Origin: a virus
Taxonomy: Duplodnaviria > Caudoviricetes
DNA length: 64,000 nt
Direction: 5' to 3' (one strand)
Virus record (IMG/VR): IMGVR_UViG_3300028531_000001
Coordinates: 12,865 to 76,864 of that record
Shown here in pieces: positions 58,523-64,000 of the stretch (position 1 is its first letter; each line of letters opens with the position of its first letter). The notes beneath the pieces were generated by a model that worked only from the letters and a program-made list of their open reading frames with translations, made no database searches and was not told the origin of the DNA. Position numbers and translations under genes: made by a program.

Positions 58523-59899
58523 ATGCCCCCGACCATCGCCGATACCGAGGTGGTCCGGGCGTCGTCCGACCCCACGAAAGAACAGATCATCGGAGGAGGC
58601 GCCCGGGGGTTCTACACCGGCTTTTCGCCTACCGCCTCGATCACGCTGGCCGGGGCCATCGACGACGTGATCCGCCGGTACGGCATCGGCGTCTACGACC
58701 TGATGTGGCGGAGCACCCCCAAGGCCCCGGTGATGACGCTCGTCACGGGCGTCTTCCGGGACGGGCTCGACCTGTCGCCGTCGGACTCTCAGGACCCCGA
58801 GGCCGCGGAGGTCTGCGACTTCGCCCGGCGGATGCTGCTCCGCACCGAGAAGCCGTTCATCGACACCGTCAAGCAACTCCTGAAGGGCGGGCTCAAGACC
58901 GGGGCGGCGCTGGCGGAGAAGACCTTCGAGGTCATCCCCGACGGCGTCGACGCGGGCAAGCTCGGCTACAAGTCGATCAAGGTCAAGGGCCGCCGGTCCT
59001 GGGACTTCGTGGTCGACCCGTACATGAGCCTGCTGGGCGTGGTCGCCGCGACGCGTGATGGTCAGGCGTTCGTGCCGTTAGAGAAGGTGGTCCCGTTCAG
59101 CTGGGACACCGAGGACGACGACCCGCGCGGCAACTCGATCCTGCGGGACGCCTACGAGCCGTGGCACTACCAGATGCAGATCGGCCCGCAGCATCAGAAG
59201 CACCTCCAGCAGTTCGCCGAGCCGTCGCTCTACATCGAGTTGCCCCCCGGCGACCCGAAGGTCAAGGAGACCGACTCCAGCGGCAACACGGTCGTCGTCT
59301 CGGCCTTCGCCAGGGCGGAGCAGGCGGCCGAGCGGTTCCGCAACGGCTCCTACATGATCGGGGGCCACGGAGGCGACGCCAAGATCCTCGAGTCGAATAC
59401 CGCCGGGCAGGCGTTCGTGATCGCCGACGACATGTACTCGCGCAAGATCGCGTCGGCCATCCTCTACGCCGCCCGCGCCACGGTCGAGGCGAAGAACTCG
59501 TCCAAGGCCGACAGCGACGGGGCCAAGGATGTCGTCGACGAGATCATCAATTACATGCGGGACGAACTCGCCCGCGTGATCGAGGACCACGTCCTCTACC
59601 CGCTCATCCTGCTGAACTACGGCAAGGAGGTCGCCGACCGGGTCACCCCGACGGTCTCCTTCGGCTCGACCTCCGTCCAGGACCGCCCCGCCCTCTGGGG
59701 TGGATTCGCCCGGCTCATCCAGGCTAAGGCGATCACCGCCAGCCAGTACGCCGCGATGTGCCCGGATCTCGGCCTTCCGGTCCCGACGCCCGGTGAACTG
59801 GCCGAGTGGGGCAAGTCGCCCGAGCCCGAGCCGCCGCCCGACGAGGGCGATGCCGACCCCGATCCCGACCAATCCACCGATGAGGAGGTTCCCGGATGA
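58523..59899 (+). CDS. Portal protein (DUF935 / Mu gp29-like)
   Basis: Position after TerL; G.AL.EK, DPRGNSIL...Y.PW, DMYSRKIASAIL features. Confidence 0.8.
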   Translation: MPPTIADTEVVRASSDPTKEQIIGGGARGFYTGFSPTASITLAGAIDDVIRRYGIGVYDLMWRSTPKAPVMTLVTGVFRDGLDLSPSDSQDPEAAEVCDFARRMLLRTEKPFIDTVKQLLKGGLKTGAALAEKTFEVIPDGVDAGKLGYKSIKVKGRRSWDFVVDPYMSLLGVVAATRDGQAFVPLEKVVPFSWDTEDDDPRGNSILRDAYEPWHYQMQIGPQHQKHLQQFAEPSLYIELPPGDPKVKETDSSGNTVVVSAFARAEQAAERFRNGSYMIGGHGGDAKILESNTAGQAFVIADDMYSRKIASAILYAARATVEAKNSSKADSDGAKDVVDEIINYMRDELARVIEDHVLYPLILLNYGKEVADRVTPTVSFGSTSVQDRPALWGGFARLIQAKAITASQYAAMCPDLGLPVPTPGELAEWGKSPEPEPPPDEGDADPDPDQSTDEEVPG

Positions 59900-61416
59900 G
59901 AATGCTGGAACTCCTCACGACGAGGCCATTCCTCGCCGAGCCGCGAGCCTTCCGCGATGCCCTGAACATCGTCACCCGCAAGGGGATTGATCCTTCGGTC
60001 ATTCCCGAGGGGCTGGCGTTCAAGCAGGGCCGAAAGAAGGACCGGGACGACCCATCGACCCTCGACAAGCGGGAGGGTATCGGGGTCATCTCGATCCACG
60101 GGCCGATCTTCCGCCACGCCAACCTGATGACCGAGCTGTGCGGCGGGGCGACGACCTCGCAACTCGCCCTCGACCTCGGGTCGGCCCTCTCCGACCGGTC
60201 GATCCGGGCCATCGTCCTCGACATCGACAGCCCCGGCGGCGAGGCGACGGGCATCCAGGAACTCGCCGCGGCCGTCAGGGCGGGGACCAAGTCCAAGCCG
60301 ATCGTGGCCTACGTCGGCGGGTCGGGGGCCTCGGCCGCCTACTGGATCGCGTCGGCCGCCAGCGAGGTCGTCATCGACCCGACGGCGATGCTCGGCTCGA
60401 TCGGCGTGGTCGTCGGCTACACGGACACCTCCGCGCAGGACGAGGCGATCGGGCTCAAGTCGATCGAGGTCGTCAGCAGCCAGAGCCCCCGCAAGCGTCT
60501 CGACCCGATGACCGACGAGGGGCGGGGCGAACTCCAGACCATCGTGGACGACCTGGCCGCGGTCTTCGTCGCCAAGGTGGCCGACAACCGCGGCGTCCCC
60601 CAGTCCAAGGTCCTCTCGGACTTCGGGCAAGGCGGGGTGCTGGTCGGAAAGAAGGCCGTCAGGGCGGGCCTGGCCGACCGGATCGGCTCCCTCGAGGGCG
60701 TGATCGGGGAACTCTCGGCCGGCACTTGGCGTCGGCCAACGCGTTCGGCGTCTGCCCAACCGGCGAGTGCCGAAGCGGGCCAACCTCAACCCAAGTCCAG
60801 CGGAGACGCGCCCATGTCGTGGAAAGACGCATTCAGCTTCTGGAAGGCTTCCGGCGAGCCCGAGAACTTCGACGCCAGCGGCATCGTCGCCGACTCGGAG
60901 AATCACGCCGCGGCCACCGCCGGCTCAGCCGCCCAGATCATCCAGGCCACCGCCGAGCCGCTCAAGCCGCTCGCATCGGACAACGAACTCCGGGCCGAGA
61001 TCGCCCAACTCCGGCAGGCCCTCGAAACCCAGCAGGCCGAGGCAGCCGCCAAGGCCGAGACGTCCCGGCTGGCGAACCTCGGGACCGCCGCCAGGACCTT
61101 CGCCGCGTCGCTCGTGACCGACCGCCGGGCCTTCCCCGCCGAGTCCGCCGCGATCGAGCGGGCCTACCTCCAGGCGGCCGACGACGACCACCGCTCGCCG
61201 CTCGCCGACGGGTCCCGCGTGGCGACCTTGCAGGCCGCCTACTCGGCCAGGCCCCAGCACAGCCTGACTTCCGAGGCGATCACCGGCGGGGCACTCCCGA
61301 AGGACTCGGCCGTCCTCGACAGCGAGCACCCCGACGACGACCTGGCCGCGGCGAGGCAGCGCACCGCGAGGTTCGTGGCCCAGTACAACGGCCGAGTCAA
61401 GACCGGGTCCAACTGA
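59896..61416 (+). CDS. S49 (SppA/ClpP-like) head maturation protease with C-terminal scaffold region
   Basis: IVLDIDSPGGE, SAAYWIAS, LGSIGV, GLADRIG; Ala/Gln-rich coiled tail; possible internal start at 60814. Confidence 0.9.
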   Translation: MRMLELLTTRPFLAEPRAFRDALNIVTRKGIDPSVIPEGLAFKQGRKKDRDDPSTLDKREGIGVISIHGPIFRHANLMTELCGGATTSQLALDLGSALSDRSIRAIVLDIDSPGGEATGIQELAAAVRAGTKSKPIVAYVGGSGASAAYWIASAASEVVIDPTAMLGSIGVVVGYTDTSAQDEAIGLKSIEVVSSQSPRKRLDPMTDEGRGELQTIVDDLAAVFVAKVADNRGVPQSKVLSDFGQGGVLVGKKAVRAGLADRIGSLEGVIGELSAGTWRRPTRSASAQPASAEAGQPQPKSSGDAPMSWKDAFSFWKASGEPENFDASGIVADSENHAAATAGSAAQIIQATAEPLKPLASDNELRAEIAQLRQALETQQAEAAAKAETSRLANLGTAARTFAASLVTDRRAFPAESAAIERAYLQAADDDHRSPLADGSRVATLQAAYSARPQHSLTSEAITGGALPKDSAVLDSEHPDDDLAAARQRTARFVAQYNGRVKTGSN

Positions 61417-61470
61417 TTCCCCCGATCCTACCCGCGCACGCGGGCGACCCCTACAGATAGGAGCAGATCC

Positions 61471-61944
61471 ATGGCTTACGGTCGCACTGTGATCGGCGGA
61501 ATCGCCCGGTCCTTGCAGGTCACCGCCGACGGCACCCCCAAGATGAAGGCCGGCGGCGTCACGATCGACTGGTCCACCGTCGCGGCCGTCTCCGGCTCCG
61601 ACGTGACCCTGAACGACGGCACGGTCGTCCCGGTCGGGGCGAAGTACCTCCGCTACGGCCAGGTGATCACCCTGATCACCGCCAGCAGCAAGTACGGCCC
61701 CTACGACGTCTCGCCGGTCAACGACGGCCGCCAGACGCTCGCCCGGGGCAAGTGCTTCATCCTCAACGAGACCGTCGTCAACGACGACCCCAAGAGCGAC
61801 CACCCGCCCGTCCTGGACGGTGGGCGAGTCTGGAAGGGCCGCCTGATCATGACGACCGGCACCGCGTCGCTGACGGCCGGCCCGACGGTCGCCAACTTCG
61901 AGGCGGCCTTCCCGCAGATCAGCTACGCGGAAGACGCCAACTGA
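61471..61944 (+). CDS. Head decoration protein (lambda gpD-like position)
   Basis: 157 aa beta-rich protein between protease and major capsid; AGGAG RBS. Confidence 0.65.
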   Translation: MAYGRTVIGGIARSLQVTADGTPKMKAGGVTIDWSTVAAVSGSDVTLNDGTVVPVGAKYLRYGQVITLITASSKYGPYDVSPVNDGRQTLARGKCFILNETVVNDDPKSDHPPVLDGGRVWKGRLIMTTGTASLTAGPTVANFEAAFPQISYAEDAN

Positions 61945-62071
61945 GCCCCGGCGTCCCCGATCCACGTTCGCTCGTTCCTTGACAATTCGATCCGGCCCGA
62001 CGTCGGGCAAAGCGAGCGGGGTCCCCCGCTTCGTCGGATAGAGATCCGCCTTAGTACGGAGTACCCCGCCC

Positions 62072-63169
62072 ATGTTGCTCTCTGGCGACAAGGTGTTGAG
62101 CAGCCTGCGGCTCAACCAGATCGTGAAGGACCAGGCCCAGGAACTGCTCAACAAGCAGCCCCTCCTGTTCCTCGACCGGACCGCCGTCGTGGATGCCGAC
62201 GACGACGAGATCACCGGCTCGTTCGCGGGCCGAGTGCTCGCCGCCGACATCATCGCGGACGACCAGGAGGCCGTGGTCCACGAGGGGTTCGGCCTGACCC
62301 TGGCGACGAACAACATCCCCAACATCAAGACGGGGACGCGGATCGGCCAGGCCATGCTGAACCGGCTCAACCGCATCCGGGCCAACCGGGGCGGGGCCGG
62401 CGACGCGGACGTGTTCGCCAACTTCGAGCAGCGGGCCGCCGCCAACCTGATCATCGGCGTCCGCCAGCGGATGAACGCCCTGATCTGCTCGATGATGCTC
62501 GACAGCACGGTCTACAACCGGCTGGGCGTGCAGATCAACGGGTCGTGGGGCATGCCCAACGACCTGAAGGTCACGCCGACGAACCTCTGGAGCGACGCGG
62601 CCAACGCCACCCCGATCACGGACATCCTGACCCTGGTCGACTACGCCGCGACCACCTACGGCGAGTCCTACGACCGGATCACGCTGTCCACGGCCGCGTT
62701 CCGCCAAGCGATCAAGACGGCCGAGTTCAAGAACCTCCTGCCCGGCCTGTTCAAGGCCGCCGTGCCCTCGACCGCCTTCAACGCCCTCCAGGGGCAGATG
62801 AAGGGCTGGCTCTCGGACGTGCTCAACGGCATGGAGATCGAGATCAGCGACACCAAGTACCAGACCCGCACCGAGGCCGGGACGCTGACGACCACCGCCG
62901 TCCAGCCGGTCAACAAGGTGATCCTGTCGAGCCGCTCGGACGACAACAACGCGGCCACCTGGGACTTCGCCAACGGCATCGTCACCGAGTCGATCGTCGC
63001 CGGCCTCGTCGGCAACTACGACCTAGGCGGCGAGCAGTTCGGCCCGGTCGGCTACTACACCGGCCGCCCCGACCTCAACCCGCCCGACGTCCGCGCCTGG
63101 GCCGTCGCCCGCGGCTTCCCCCGCAAGCACCGGGCCACCGCGAGCGCCGTGCTGACCGTCGCCGCCTGA
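62072..63169 (+). CDS. Major capsid protein (lambda gpE-like)
   Basis: 365 aa, P.ITDI and P..RAWAVARGFP features, canonical position. Confidence 0.85.
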   Translation: MLLSGDKVLSSLRLNQIVKDQAQELLNKQPLLFLDRTAVVDADDDEITGSFAGRVLAADIIADDQEAVVHEGFGLTLATNNIPNIKTGTRIGQAMLNRLNRIRANRGGAGDADVFANFEQRAAANLIIGVRQRMNALICSMMLDSTVYNRLGVQINGSWGMPNDLKVTPTNLWSDAANATPITDILTLVDYAATTYGESYDRITLSTAAFRQAIKTAEFKNLLPGLFKAAVPSTAFNALQGQMKGWLSDVLNGMEIEISDTKYQTRTEAGTLTTTAVQPVNKVILSSRSDDNNAATWDFANGIVTESIVAGLVGNYDLGGEQFGPVGYYTGRPDLNPPDVRAWAVARGFPRKHRATASAVLTVAA

Positions 63170-63249
63170 TGACCACCACCCTCCGGCGTCCCGGGCCAGC
63201 CCCGGGGCGTCGGCTTACCCATAGACGCATCAGCACGCAGGAGAATCCC

Positions 63250-63546
63250 ATGCCGCTGACCCACGCCGAGCAGAGGAAGATCATCGAGCGGGGCGAGTCG
63301 ATCTGCCACGAGGGCCGGATCATCTCGCGGGTCGAGGACCTGCCCGATTCCGTCACCCTGGCCGGCGACGACCCCGAGAAGCTGGCCCAGGTCGACAGGG
63401 ACCTCGACGCCGAGATCGAGGCCGCGAGGAAGCGCAAGGAGGAGATCGCCCGCAAGCTCAAGGAGGCCGAGGCCGCCAAGGCGAAGCAGGCCAAGGACGA
63501 GGCCGCCCCCGGCGACAGGAAGCCCGAATCCGGCAACGCCAAGTGA
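63250..63546 (+). CDS. Small head-associated protein (coiled coil)
   Basis: AGGAG RBS, ATG at 63250. Confidence 0.6.
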   Translation: MPLTHAEQRKIIERGESICHEGRIISRVEDLPDSVTLAGDDPEKLAQVDRDLDAEIEAARKRKEEIARKLKEAEAAKAKQAKDEAAPGDRKPESGNAK

Positions 63547-63586
63547 CCACGCCCGGCGGCATCGCCGAACCCCACCGGAGGACGCC

Positions 63587-64000
63587 ATGCCGCTGACGGT
63601 CGCGAACACCGAGAAGATGATCGTCCGGTCCCTCGGGAAGCTGATGGCGGTCGTGGGCCTCGACGCCACGACCGTCGACGGGACCAACCCCGACCTCGCC
63701 CTGCCGGTCTCGCTGGCCGCGGCCGAGATGGGGCAGGCCGTCGCCGACGTGACGACCCCGGTCGACGCCGACCTCGCGGGCATCCTCCCCGGCCAGATCC
63801 CCGAGTTCCTGAGCCGGGTCCGCCTGCACACGCTGAAGGCCGCCCGGTCCGCGTGGACGCGGGTCGACATCCAGGAGCAGGACTACTCCGAGAAGTTCTC
63901 GCAGCTCGGGGACCGGATCGACAAGCAGATCGAGGACCTCGAGGCGGAACTCTCCCCGGAGGCCGCCGCCGAGGCCGCCCAGGGGGGGTACCCCCGCGTC
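63587..64000 (+). CDS. Head-tail connector / head completion protein (3'-truncated by the window edge)
   Basis: GGAGG RBS, ATG at 63587, open to the end (MPLTVANTEKMIVRSLGKLM...). Confidence 0.6.
   Translation, partial: MPLTVANTEKMIVRSLGKLMAVVGLDATTVDGTNPDLALPVSLAAAEMGQAVADVTTPVDADLAGILPGQIPEFLSRVRLHTLKAARSAWTRVDIQEQDYSEKFSQLGDRIDKQIEDLEAELSPEAAAEAAQGGYPRV

Noticed and set aside
1-64000. Integrase/att sites, reverse transcriptase (DGR, retron), transposase, cas genes
   Set aside because: No tyrosine or serine recombinase, YADD-type RT or DDE motifs recognised in any ORF; they could lie outside the window.

Overview
The window is the central part of a high-GC temperate phage genome, most likely infecting a planctomycete (Isosphaeraceae-like host inferred from a PEP-CTERM protein, a planctomycete-style pseudopilin, a Zn-ribbon membrane protein, RimI-like GNAT, CsrA and DnaN; this is inference, not a database result). 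Order: end of tail-tip genes (1-2.5 kb); accessory/moron region with mostly leftward genes (2.5-17 kb: PEP-CTERM protein, P22-AR antirepressor, XRE repressor, GNAT-thyA-folA operon, BrnT-like toxin plus HTH, pseudopilin); a parS-parA-parB plus HTH-Rep cassette and no integrase (17-20 kb), suggesting a phage-plasmid; a long rightward early/replication region (20-51 kb: beta clamp, DpdA-like transglycosylase plus QueE, RusA, YqaJ exonuclease plus SSAP, intein-containing class II RNR, dUTPase, two lambda-O-like genes with iterons, intein-containing DnaB, two ArsR regulators, DUF5131, CsrA, KilA-N); a tRNA(CAU); then a late operon (53-64 kb: papain-like peptidase plus membrane proteins, TerS, TerL, portal, S49 protease/scaffold, head decoration, major capsid, head completion). 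Most notable unexplained signals: (1) a stand-alone GGQ-less fragment of release factor RF2 (27824-28132); (2) a dispersed 19-bp intergenic motif GAGGTGAGRARATGWWWCC in at least 10 copies at promoters, extending to a 26-bp inverted repeat in two copies; (3) two structured non-coding transcription units (11625-11958 minus; 51766-52055 downstream of the tRNA); (4) a minimal DpdA+QueE DNA-modification pair; (5) a lysis-position cassette with a papain-family protease and no recognisable peptidoglycan hydrolase. All family assignments come from motif recognition by eye and need HMM or structure confirmation.
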